The notes under the pieces were generated by a model. That model did no database searches. It saw only the letters and a program-made list of their open reading frames with translations, and was not told the DNA's origin. A stretch of 64,000 nucleotides of DNA, taken from assembly GCF_041146345.1 (NCBI RefSeq), contig NW_027191413.1, positions 1,922,001-1,986,000 of the forward strand, in the 5' to 3' direction. Both the position numbers and the translations under genes were made by a program. The stretch's first letter is position 1. The number at the start of each line of letters is the position of its first letter. The DNA comes from Neodothiora populina. Lineage: Eukaryota. Shown here piece after piece: positions 1 through 10,755 of the stretch.

Positions 1-39
1 GATACTTGTACATGCAGCGGGAGAACTGTACGTCAGCAC

Positions 40-69
<30 letters not shown>
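40..69. repeat. (CAA)10 microsatellite
   Basis: Perfect CAA x10 read directly. Confidence 0.95.
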
Positions 70-71
<2 letters not shown>

Positions 72-793
72 ACCTTATCCATGGCTTATATCTCAGAAGA
101 CCCCCTCGAAGAGCAGAGCATCACAGCTGACAGTACTGTACAAATCGCCTCTCGGCAATCATTACAGCGAGCCAAAGCCCAGCCTGCGGCTATGACTTTG
201 TATGAGGAAGTCCCGTGACAGACGCCAAGCACGCGGTAGCTACGATACTTCTGTACCTACACAGTACATACAGTATAGTCGATGTGGGGTCACACTCGAC
301 CATCACTGACCACCAGGCATTCCTGTTCAATTGCCGATGATAGAAGATCAGACGATTGTCGGGGATTGGAATGACTTGCCTTGCCTTACTCTTGCTCGTT
401 ACTTGCTATCGAACTGGGCGAGGGAAGTAGGTGATGGGGAATTGCTCAATAAGACTTTGGACAGGTTTTGAGTCTGTCTCTTTACAATACTACCCGGGGA
501 AAGGGCAGATCGGTGGCAACTCAGGCAAAAGAGGGTTCGGTGATAGATGGCGCGGAGAACCGGACCACCTTGGTGGACTACTGAGGAGCGAAGCGGCTAT
601 TGAGTTCTCGTAGTCTTATGATATATATCGGTGATTGAATTCATTTTTTGCTTTGTCTTGTATGTCGTGTTCTGCTATTTGTGCTTTTAATGTGAAGACG
701 ACTGACGACCGAGATCTTGTATTCACGCCTGCTTATCCCGGATATACACACATAGATCTAGTTTCCCGGGCAAGGCAATACATTCAATTCAAG

Positions 794-2122
794 ATGAGCA
801 ACAAATCATCCTCGAACCCCAATAACCACTACCAAAAGCCGCCGCCAGAGAAGACGTCAGAGTACGCATCCGCCGACAAACCGCCTCTATCCACCATTCT
901 GAACCTTGACGACTTTGAGACGGTAGCCTCAAGGACGCTCGATAAGAAAACATGGGCGTTCTACAGCTCGGCGGCGACGGACCTGCACACCCTGACGCAG
1001 AACCGATCGTTCTTCTCGCGCATCTGGATGCGCCCGCGCGTGTTGCGCAATGTCAGCAGTGTGGACACGAGCACGAAGATGTTGGGTCATGATATTGGGG
1101 CGCCGTTCTTCGTCAGTCCTGCTGCGCTGGCTAAGCTGGTCCATCCGGATGGTGAATTGGCTATCGCGAGGGGGTGTGCGAGACCGGAGACGGTGATCCC
1201 GCAGTGTGTCTCTACCAATGCGTCGTATGCGCTTGAGGATATCGTTGCTGCTGCACCTACAGGAGATGGCGGTGGCGAGGGACAGAAGCATCCCTTCTTC
1301 TTTCAGCTCTATGTTAACAAGGATCGCAAACAGTCGGAAGAGCTGCTGAGGAAAGTAAGAAAGCTAGGAGTATCCACTGTCTTTCTCACTGTCGATGCAC
1401 CAGTGCCAGGTAAACGGGAGGCGGACGAGCGCGTGCAATCGGACGAAAGCATGAGTGCGCCAATGTCAGGGGCCAAAGCAGTAAATGACAAGAAAGGCGG
1501 AGGACTGGGTCGAATCATGGGAAGCTACATCGACAGCAGTCTCAGCTGGGACGACTTGCCGTGGTTGAAGAGTGTGTGGGACGGCAAGATCGTGCTCAAA
1601 GGCATCCAAGGCGCTGCAGATGCAAAGCAAGCAGCGGACGCAGGCGTCGACGGCATAATCCTGAGCAACCACGGTGGCAGGAGTCTGGACACCTCACCGC
1701 CTTCGATAATGGCATTGCTGGAGTGTCGACGATGTTGTCCAGAGATCTTCGACAACATCGAAGTCTATGTCGATGGAGGCATTCGAAGAGGCACAGATGT
1801 GTTAAAGTGTTTGTGTCTGGGTGCTACAGCTGTGGGCCTTGGCAGGTCTCCTTTATACGCCGTCAACTACGGCGAGGAGGGTGTAGCCCATCTCATTGAC
1901 AGTAAGCCACTTTGCTTTCCCTTTGTTCATGACAATGCCACAATACTTACGTCGTATGCAGCCTTGAAAGATGAGATTGAAACTAGCATGAAGATGCTTG
2001 GCATCACCAACCTCTCACAGGTCCACCCAGGCCTGGTCAACACGCTGGATGTCGACCATCTCGTGCCTCAACGTCTCGAAGCCCCATACGAGACAGGACG
2101 ACGACACATGGCGAAGTTGTAG
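794..2122 (+). CDS. FMN-dependent alpha-hydroxy acid dehydrogenase/oxidase (flavocytochrome b2-like, no heme domain), peroxisomal
   Basis: Motifs FFQLY, TVDAP, LKGIQ, SNHGGR, DGGIRRGTD; exons 794-1901 and 1962-2122 (60-nt GT-AG intron); C-terminal AKL. Confidence 0.92.
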   Translation: MSNKSSSNPNNHYQKPPPEKTSEYASADKPPLSTILNLDDFETVASRTLDKKTWAFYSSAATDLHTLTQNRSFFSRIWMRPRVLRNVSSVDTSTKMLGHDIGAPFFVSPAALAKLVHPDGELAIARGCARPETVIPQCVSTNASYALEDIVAAAPTGDGGGEGQKHPFFFQLYVNKDRKQSEELLRKVRKLGVSTVFLTVDAPVPGKREADERVQSDESMSAPMSGAKAVNDKKGGGLGRIMGSYIDSSLSWDDLPWLKSVWDGKIVLKGIQGAADAKQAADAGVDGIILSNHGGRSLDTSPPSIMALLECRRCCPEIFDNIEVYVDGGIRRGTDVLKCLCLGATAVGLGRSPLYAVNYGEEGVAHLIDSKPLCFPFVHDNATILTSYAALKDEIETSMKMLGITNLSQVHPGLVNTLDVDHLVPQRLEAPYETGRRHMAKL

Positions 2123-2381
2123 ACAAGCATCATCGCCGAGGGATGGTAGATGTGTGTGAAAGTGTAAAGATAACTGAAATAATTATGCATATAGCATCTA
2201 CTTTTATACGAGTTTGGTTGCGTATGTGCATAATATCCCGAGGCTTCGCGACAGCCAGGGGCCGCAGTGCTGTCTGTAGGCAGAGCGTGTATGTGCGACA
2301 AAATGGAAATCAGAAGAAAAGACGTAACAAACATGACATATTGGTTTCGTGTCGGCGGGAGGACCATGCAAAATGCTTTGC

Positions 2382-3247
2382 TTATGCAGTAGCCTTGGCC
2401 GCCTCGACTTCAGTGCCAACACCGTCCTTGCGCTTCTCGCTACTTGAGTCGCTGTTGGCCTTTGGCTTGTCTGATTCGCTCTGCGTGCTGGAAGCATCGA
2501 CGACCTTGAGGTTCTTCTCGGTGATGAGACCCTTGAGCCACTTGTTCTCCATTTCGAGTTGACCGACGCGTGCCTCGAGGAACTGCACCTTGTCCGACAT
2601 TTCCTTTGCACTCTTCTCCAAAGCTTGCTCGCGCTGCTTCTTCTTGACTCGGAAGCGTGCGCTGGCAGCGGTGTTGCGGCGACGCTTATCCTCCTCGGCG
2701 GCATGGCGGGAGTGCTCCTCGAAGTCGGCGGGGGATGCGATGGACGCGGCGGTCGACTTCCTCTTCTCGCCGGTGACAGGCGAAGCAGCAAAGGCGGGCT
2801 GAGCGGGCTGCTGCGTAGGGTAGGGAGCGAGGGCGGTAGGAGGAGACGGCGGCAAGCTGTGGCCGGTCATGGACTGGGCTTGAGGGAAGCTGAAGTCTGG
2901 GAACTGGAAGGTAGGTTCTATAAAAGAATACGTTAGTCCATGCACACTGGCTCCTGCTTGAAGAAACACTCACGGTTCCCTTGAGCATCCTGGCCGACGA
3001 CCACCGGGCCTTGTTGCGGTCGTGTCTGCGGCCGGTCGGCGGAGAAGAGGCCTCCCAGGTCATCCATCTTCGGCACAGACTCGTTCATGTCAAAGTCGAA
3101 GAATTGAGTGTTTGTGAACAAATCAAGGTCATCCTGGAAAGGGCCAAAGTCCGGCTGGGAGGCAGTGTCGGCAACCGAGGGGATTGTGTTGAGATTGGCA
3201 ATGTATTGCGACACGTTAGGTGCGCGCCGACCATTGTACGACGACAT
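2382..3247 (-). CDS. metR: bZIP sulfur-metabolism regulator, MetR/CYS-3 family
   Basis: N-terminus GRRAPNVSQYIANLN, basic region EEDKRRRNTAASARFRVKKKQREQ plus leucine zipper; exons 3247-2974 and 2917-2382 (56-nt intron). Confidence 0.88.
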
Positions 3248-3251
3248 GGCT

Positions 3252-3265
3252 GGGGGGGGGGGGGG
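3252..3265. repeat. G14 homopolymer (C14 in the metR 5' leader)
   Basis: 14 consecutive G ending 5 nt upstream of the minus-strand ATG. Confidence 0.9.
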
Positions 3266-4305
3266 CGTAATATTATTTATCCAGGTTGAGGGTTGAGATG
3301 TATGTCGCAGGAAATTATCGATATAGGTCGCAAAGAGGGGTAGGGATGTGCAGTTGTAGAGTTATTTGCACGTGGTCGGAGGATCTGGGTGGATTTGTAA
3401 TGATGTCGTTGACTGCTGCTGCTTTGTGCGGCGCCGGCTTTGTCGAGTGCGCCCGGGCGGAAAGAACGCTTTGTCTGCGTGCAAAACGAGAAGGTACGTC
3501 GGAATTGGCGGTAAGGGACACAGTAGACCTGTGTAAAACAATGCGAGAAAAACAAGGATGTCGCTCGCCCTAAGTCATCAGAGACTCTGAGCTATTCGGG
3601 TAATTGAGTAGCTGGGGGTCCCTCTGTGCTGCGATACGATGAGAATTATTGGTCGTTGGTCGTGGACTTTCTGGTGGGATGTGATGAGGGCAGCAACAAT
3701 AAGTGAAGAGGGGGAAGCGAAAGTGGGACGAGGCTTGTGCCCTGCGTTTCGCCGAGTCTGCAATCGTTGCATCGTCTCGAAGTACCGCGGTACCGTACCC
3801 TGTACATCGCGGTAGACCTCCGAATCTCGCGCGGATCCACACGATTTGCAGTGCGCCACACTCATTGGCTGTAACCTGGAAAATCATAGCCCCCACTTCG
3901 GGCAGCTTGCCGGCGGATGTCGGACCAGGCGACTCCCGTCACGCACAATGTCTCGAGTCTGCTTGTGATTTGTCTCTTGAAATTGCCTTATTGGTTCCTA
4001 TCTTCTGTCCAAGTGGTTTAAAGCACCATGCAGCAGAGATACTGCTAAGCTACTATACTGCTATATCTGCACGCTACTCGTATAGTAGCTATAACAGACA
4101 GCATGTCAAGACCAAAATTACTAGTAGTATGAATCGTCAAACAAAAAAGTTACTAATGCCGATATCCATGCTTGGCTATCTGCCGACATCTCTCGATTCT
4201 TATGCATGTTGACCGTTTACAATCCATGTTAATTACTTTCCTGTCTGACTTAGCCAATACTCGTCTCAGAGCAAGCCTGAGTGACACATTCTGTCGACAA
4301 ATCTT

Positions 4306-5221
4306 CTATGCCGGAGGAGGAAACTGTTTCCACTTAGACGTCCTCCTGGTCTCCTTGCTGGGCGGCGCCTCGACCTCTTGGTCCTCTTGACCTGCGCTAT
4401 CTGGTTCCTCAAGCTTCCGCTTTTTGGTTGCCTTTGTGGACTTGCTGTCTGCCGCTACCGCTGCAGTGCCTGATCTCTTTCCGATAACATACGCAACCTT
4501 TTCCACTTCCAACGCTGTGACGGTCTGCCCCTCTGCCTGAAGTCTGTCCCTCACAGCCTGCACTAAAGGATACATTTGCTTATATTCGCCAATTGAATAT
4601 TTGATCTTCCTGTCCCATCCTCGACCCTTGCCTTCCTCAAACGTAGTCCATCTGAACAACTCGTCAGAGAAAAAAGGGATGTTGACACTGTCGAAAACAC
4701 TCAAGAGCAGCGTCGCCGTCGCAGGCCCGACTCCCCTCAGGTCCTTGGCAAGCATCGCTACCGCATCATCCCATCTTGTATTATTTGCGCCATAATAGGC
4801 GAATGCCGCCTTCGTGCTCTCTTCAACTGTTTCTTCCGCATTTGAAGCCACTAGCTTCTGGAGTGACGGTCTGAATGTGCCATGGGATCTGTATAGTATG
4901 CACATTACTACGCGTAAACTTTTGCATCTTCCTGTCCTCGCCGAATTGCGTGGTGTTTGAAGCAGAACATTACACTAGCGCATATTGCGTGATCGCCGGT
5001 GCTGCTGATTTCACGTACAGTTTCCAGTCCACCAGTGTTTGTATCTCGGCCTTTGTCAGGTAGGCGATCTCGCGTTCTGCTAGCGCTCGAGGGATGATCT
5101 CCAGGCGTTGCTGCTCGAGTTCGCCCACCTTCTCCGGCACCACATCTCCGTATCCATCCAATTCCGCTTTGAAGCGTTTCAAGCCGATAGTGTCACAGCG
5201 CAGCTCGTCGGAAGTCGACAT
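4306..5221 (-). CDS. Conserved hypothetical protein with HhH-like motif
   Basis: Exons 5221-5019 and 4888-4306 splice to LVDWKLSHGTFRPSLQKLV; LRGVGPATATLLLS; PFFSDE; basic C-terminus. Start could instead be 5245. Confidence 0.8.
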
Positions 5222-5435
5222 TGTTGGTTGTGAATGATGTTGCATTCATGTCAATGAATCAACGGTGATATACAGTAGTATAGAGCGCACGGCCCAGCTG
5301 CGACACGGCTAACACAAGGTAAAGCCAAACTCTTACACGAAAGCATGTTCAAGGTGCCCTGGATCATGAACATATTTCCATATAATACGAATATCTCCTT
5401 TTCTACGTTCCATCTCTACATAACCTCGGACTCAC

Positions 5436-7052
5436 TCAGAGCTTGGCCCTTTCCTGAATCAGGCTATACGCTTTTGGTAGTGACTCCAGCGCATCTCGAT
5501 TGATCTGGCCAACATTCTGGTATCCAGCAACATTAAGCAAGATATCAAAATCTGCAAGAAGCGACTTCATCACATGGCGGACGCCAGTCTCGCCCATGAT
5601 CGACAGACCCCAAACCCTATTGGATCAAGATGGTCAGCTGCAGGTAGATCTTGCATGACATAAAAGGCCTCGAAGCCTAGGGGTGGGGACCGTATGGCGA
5701 CATCTACGTGGGAAAAGAAAAGGCGGATGTCGCTTACCATAGTCTGCCGACGAACACGAATTTGGCACCAATGGCGAGCGCTTTGAAAACATCGGCTGCG
5801 CCGCGTACTCCCGAGTCGTACATGATGTAGGTCTTGTCACCAACAGCTGTTGTATACCAATATCATTAGCAATGGATCCACATGATAGTGGAGTATGCAG
5901 AGATGGTTGAGGAGGAAGACGGGCGAATGTGTAGATGCAAGACTTACCATCGACAATTTGCTCTAGGGCGTCTAGACTGGCGACGGCGCCGTCAACCTGT
6001 CTGCCTGCATGATTGCTGACCACGATTCCGTCACAGCCAACCTCGACTGCTTTTCTAGCGTCGGCTACTGACTGGATGCCTTTCAATGCGAATGGCTTGC
6101 CTCCGCTCATCTCCTTCCATGTCTTGACCAGCCAGGGGATTTTCTCCCAGCTGTGTGCGCGACCATGCCACACATTGTCAATCCACTTTGCGCCTGCCTT
6201 GGCCGGGTCTTTCTTTGCGTCTATGCCTTGGGCAGCGAGTCTCTTCTGAAACACTATTGTTGCTCTCATTAGCCATCATTTGTCGATCAGCCCCTGACGA
6301 GAGCCCACTCACCTGGGTCAGAAGTGCCTAAATCCTGACCAATGCCCTTGTAGAAGGCATAGTTACTGGTGGCCACATCATCATGTCTCCAAGCCAATTG
6401 CCAAGTGTCGACGGTCAGAATGCAAGCCGAGAAGCCCGAGTCGATCGCTCTTTGCAACAAGGATACAGTCAATTCATCATCATGTGGCATATACAATTGG
6501 AAGAATCTCGGTCCCTCTCCATTGGCTGCACCCACGTCCTCGATCGGCTGCGATCCCGCCGTACTCAGACAATAAGGCAAGTTCAATTCCTTGGCGACTT
6601 TTGCAACAGGCAGCTCTCCAAGAGAATGATAGATCTTGTTGATGCCAATGGGAGCGAAGCCTATAGGCGCACTGACTTTGTGCCCCCATATCTCGGTGGC
6701 AGTGTCACGCTTGTTGGTATCGACCAGCGTACGAGGGATGATGCGGTGTCGATAGAACGCTTGTCTGTTGGCGAGGTGCGTGAACGATTGGCCGGCGTTG
6801 GAACTTGCGTAGTACCACCCGTTCTCAGTCAGGCGCTCTTTGGCTCGCTCCTCGAGTTTGTCGGGGTCTGTGGTCATTCGGAAAAATCAGCACTTGAGCG
6901 CCAGAAAAAGACTTGATTATTCTATGAGGATCATCCTTACGGGTGTTGAAAGGCGGGACTCTGCCCTCTGGCTCAGCCATGAAGTTCTCTCGTTGATACT
7001 CGGCATATTCGGGAGTGGTCCTGAAGTCCTTGTTTGGGTTCTTGGTATCCAT
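5436..7052 (-). CDS. FMN-dependent dehydrogenase, lactate 2-monooxygenase-like, peroxisomal
   Basis: Exons 7052-6941, 6867-6313, 6253-5948, 5846-5738, 5616-5436; motifs FFQLY, LTVDT, LKGIQ, SNHAGRQ, YDSGVRG; ends ERAKL*. Confidence 0.92.
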
Positions 7053-7276
7053 TGTTGACCGCGAGGTGAAATCAGAGATAAAAGATGGGATAGGTCTATT
7101 GGAGTATTATGGATTATTCTGGAGTGGACGACTTAGAGATAGTATCAAAGTTGGATTGAAGTACTATGGAAATATGGTAAAGGTACTATGTATATGACTG
7201 AATCGTATCGATGAGATCAGACTTGGATCAGAGAGGGATATATACGCTTTCCATTATTCCCTACCTGACACTGTGG

Positions 7277-7303
7277 TTACACTGTGATATAATCACAGTG
7301 TAA
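7277..7303. promoter_or_regulatory. 12-bp perfect inverted repeat upstream of the lactate-monooxygenase-like gene
   Basis: TTACACTGTGAT-ATA-ATCACAGTGTAA, with an extra ACACTGTG at 7268-7275; regulatory role is inferred. Confidence 0.45.
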
Positions 7304-8727
7304 TCCCTACCACCCTCTTCCTTGTTTTACAACCCCTCCTGGACCTCACAAGATAACATCCTCCAGAAGTCATCGCTCGCGCGAGTAAGCAATGCCTTTA
7401 TAACCAGATCAATAACCCAAATCACGGCTATTTCCCTCCTTGCACAAGATACAGCTACTGTCTTATTCACAAGCAATATGAGGGGGGTCACAAAAAGAGT
7501 AATGACGACCGTGAACGATCACAATGACTTCATCGAACATGCACCCCGGTAACTTGCCGGCTTTAAAGTGGATAAGGTAAGGTACTGTAGTGGGGGAATC
7601 GTCGTTCGTCGCTCCCAAATAGTCGCCCCTAAATAAACCCTGCATGTCCACGGTGAACAGACGGAGATAACGAGGATATAAAGCATCAGAGACGTAGGGT
7701 ACAAATTACCTCCATACAGTGTGAGCGACCCTACACGGCCAGGTTACCGTAAGGTATGGTAAGGTTGATATATTATTGTACAGTACATCGATTGCCAGTG
7801 TGTTTGTGCGCACGGAGTCAAGATCCGGATCAAGCTTTTTTACCATGTTCTTGGTTTCCTTTCCTTTGGAAACTTCAAATGTGTTGGCTCGATTGGGTAG
7901 TTCCTTTCGCTGATCTTTACATCAAGGTACTTGTGCACATTGTTATACTGTACCTACTATGCCCTGCTAGGAAACATGGCTTACTATCTATGGCTACAAT
8001 GATTGTGGGATGATATGCGTGGACAGTAGGTATACTGGGCATATGATGTTCTCGTCTCCGAGTGATATAGAGTTATAATGAACTACGTTTCTATCGAGCG
8101 AACACAGGAAGCATATTCAGAGTCTGGGGCAGGCGCATGGAGTACATCTCATCATAATGATGTCCTCAACTTATCGCAGAGAGACGGAACAATGCAGCTG
8201 ACCTATGCTCAGAGAGCAGACGAATATGGATCGGAAATAACAATGGTCAAAGCTTGAAACGACAGTTGCACAAGTGGTTTGATGATTAATGAGGTTTTTG
8301 ATTTACACGTTTCGTGCTAATTTGTAATGCAGCTAATGTTCTGCTGTTATGGAAGAATTACATTCATCCCTTAGACCTCCGGAGCGCCTCGCTGAAATGC
8401 AATGAACAAAACAAAGAAAAGACAGGTATAAAGGGGTATAAGCAAGGTGGACCGACACACTACAAATTATTGTCCAGAAGGTAAAAAGAAAACCACGTCA
8501 AGGATGATATGGGTCAAGGCCATATTCGTAGTCCTAGAATGTCCCGCTCAAAGAATGGATTTCCTGCACCGCGCGATAGGGGCGCGGGCCAAGGATGTTT
8601 TTGTCAGCAGAGGCCAGTCATTGGACTTGCCGATGCGTTTAGAAGCAGGCTATGTATGCTTCCGCATGAGTCGGGTAGCTTGATGTGACAAGGATCGTGT
8701 TTCAACATGCTTGAAATCCGTAAGTAA

Positions 8728-10755
8728 TCATTGTGGGGGTCTTCCGTCAAGCATAGATGGCTCAGAATGATCGGATGGTTGGCTTGCGAAGCCAGTACTT
8801 TGAGGTTGTGTGGACGAGGTGAAGATAGTCCCGGCTGAAGATATGACATTTCCGTCACCGACAGCTGGTCCTACATGACCGGATGCCGCGGAATTGGTGG
8901 AGGATAACTGAGACTCATCTCTGATGTTGTACACCATCGGCGACCAAATGTGCCAGTGGATGACAGCTAGATGTGTAATACGTCGAATGATGTCCTGTAG
9001 AGCCTGCTTTCGGGGCTGCGACTGAGCCGAGACTGTTATGCTGGTAAAGGCAGCGACAGTCGGCTGTGAAGACGGAAGCATAGCCTCGTGCAGCTCGAGG
9101 ATTGTGTGCCTCATGTTCGACGCAATCGATGCGTGGAGGACTGGCAGGCTCTTGTCCACGAGGTTCTGAACACGCGTCGCAAAAGCTACCGATGAAGGCT
9201 GTAAATCCACTTGAAGCTGCTTTTCAACAAAATCCGCAAGCTCGGAGTTATAACAGATTGCCGCGCCCTCCAGGATCAATGCTGAACGGACGATCTCGGC
9301 TGCAATGTTACCCGCGTTCTCACTGAAGAGACGAGATTCGCCGACGATGTCAGAAATGGATGCTCGAATAGTGTTCTTTGCAGCTTGTCCAACCTCTACG
9401 TTGACTTTGTTGCGAACCAGCAAATCGAACAGGTCGCAGCAGATATCAAGTTGAATGAGGCTGTTGATATCAGTGCGCAATGTGCGAATGCGCTCAGCAT
9501 CGAGCTGGAAAGTTTCTGGCAAAGAAGACATGGAGCTTTGAGACGAAATGGATCTGAGAAGTGCAGATGAAAAGATCTCCACTGGAGTGACAGTGGGGTC
9601 GCATGCAATGAGATGAGAAGCTTCTCTCTTGTACCACATGCGCGCACGCCTAACATCCAGACGACCCTGGTGTAACCTGGTGAGGTGATAGCGCTGCTGA
9701 AAATTCACGGTATCCTCGATGAGCATGGCGCGAAGGTTTCTGATCTGATGGTTCGCAACATCCAATTTCATCGCTTCGAGAACTCCTAGCGTTTGGCGGA
9801 GACCGAGGGCAATGCGTTTCTGATCGCCTTCTTCAACGCCTCTGCGGATCTGGGTCACCATCTGATCGACCCAGTCATCTCTCATGGGAGCGCAATGGGC
9901 TTTGAGCAAAGTGGCGAGCCACAAAGCAAGATCCATGAGGTTGAAAACTCCATTGGAAATCTGTTGCATTATCATTGGGATATCCAGACGTTCCTCGACG
10001 ACGGACTGATCACGCGCGGGAACCAGTGTCATCAGGATCTCTTTTATAGCCTCGAAAATACCAGGTATCCGAATCTGGCTAGCCTTCATCATGCGCGATA
10101 ATTGCTGATATTGCTCTTCGTCCTGACAAGTGAGAAGGAGGCCACCAATAGCCCGGTAAAGTTCGAGCTCTGCCATCAGCGCCTTCCAGTATTCATCTGC
10201 CGTCTTGATCTTGTGCTTGCCACGTGATCCATCCAGATTAGGCCTGAAATGCAGCTCTCTGTCAAAGTTTACGTCGTGTCGAAGTTTCGGATTGCTAACA
10301 ATGCGTGTGACCTCTAATTCTGCCAATGAATCCTGGGTAATAGGTGGTAGTGGGGCAGCTCGTTGGTATAAGTCGACCAAGTCGACATCCTCGGGGGCTG
10401 GCAGTTGTTCCAGAAGACGATATAGAGAATACATGATTTCTCTGTCGCTAACTTTCTCTTGTTTGGTGTTAGGGATAGATGAGATAGAATCGGCAGAGTT
10501 GTTAACGTCGGCCTGCACATGCTCTTGATCATGCTGAGCTGGCATACTGCCCTCATGACCAACACCATGCGACTGATATGATGACCTTGAGTTATTCGCA
10601 CGTGAAAGTCGCTGATTGTCCCGTGGAGTTGCTGGGGCTGCGTTGCAGTCGTCATTGCCCTGACGGGTCCAAGCTGGAGCATCGGTTGTGAAAGACATCA
10701 CACTGCTGATAGAGTCGTTTCTTCTGCTCCCCCGACCGCTGGCTGGATCTCCCAT
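8728..10755 (-). CDS. SOK1: Sok1 / T-complex protein 11 (Tcp11) family cAMP-signalling protein
   Basis: 675-aa ORF with NPKLRHDVNFDRELHFRPNLDG, LKAHCAPMRD, LEAMKLDVANHQIR. Confidence 0.9.
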   Translation of the reverse strand: MGDPASGRGSRRNDSISSVMSFTTDAPAWTRQGNDDCNAAPATPRDNQRLSRANNSRSSYQSHGVGHEGSMPAQHDQEHVQADVNNSADSISSIPNTKQEKVSDREIMYSLYRLLEQLPAPEDVDLVDLYQRAAPLPPITQDSLAELEVTRIVSNPKLRHDVNFDRELHFRPNLDGSRGKHKIKTADEYWKALMAELELYRAIGGLLLTCQDEEQYQQLSRMMKASQIRIPGIFEAIKEILMTLVPARDQSVVEERLDIPMIMQQISNGVFNLMDLALWLATLLKAHCAPMRDDWVDQMVTQIRRGVEEGDQKRIALGLRQTLGVLEAMKLDVANHQIRNLRAMLIEDTVNFQQRYHLTRLHQGRLDVRRARMWYKREASHLIACDPTVTPVEIFSSALLRSISSQSSMSSLPETFQLDAERIRTLRTDINSLIQLDICCDLFDLLVRNKVNVEVGQAAKNTIRASISDIVGESRLFSENAGNIAAEIVRSALILEGAAICYNSELADFVEKQLQVDLQPSSVAFATRVQNLVDKSLPVLHASIASNMRHTILELHEAMLPSSQPTVAAFTSITVSAQSQPRKQALQDIIRRITHLAVIHWHIWSPMVYNIRDESQLSSTNSAASGHVGPAVGDGNVISSAGTIFTSSTQPQSTGFASQPSDHSEPSMLDGRPPQ

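Noticed and set aside
635..793. 53-aa N-terminal extension of the first oxidase from a TTG start
   Set aside because: Non-ATG start directly after a TATA-like run; no cytochrome b5 HPGG motif; ATG at 794 has better context
3360..3410. CYS-3/MetR autoregulatory site (ATGATGTCGT) and CACGTG upstream of metR
   Set aside because: One mismatch to ATGRYRYCAT and a common hexamer; too weak to call
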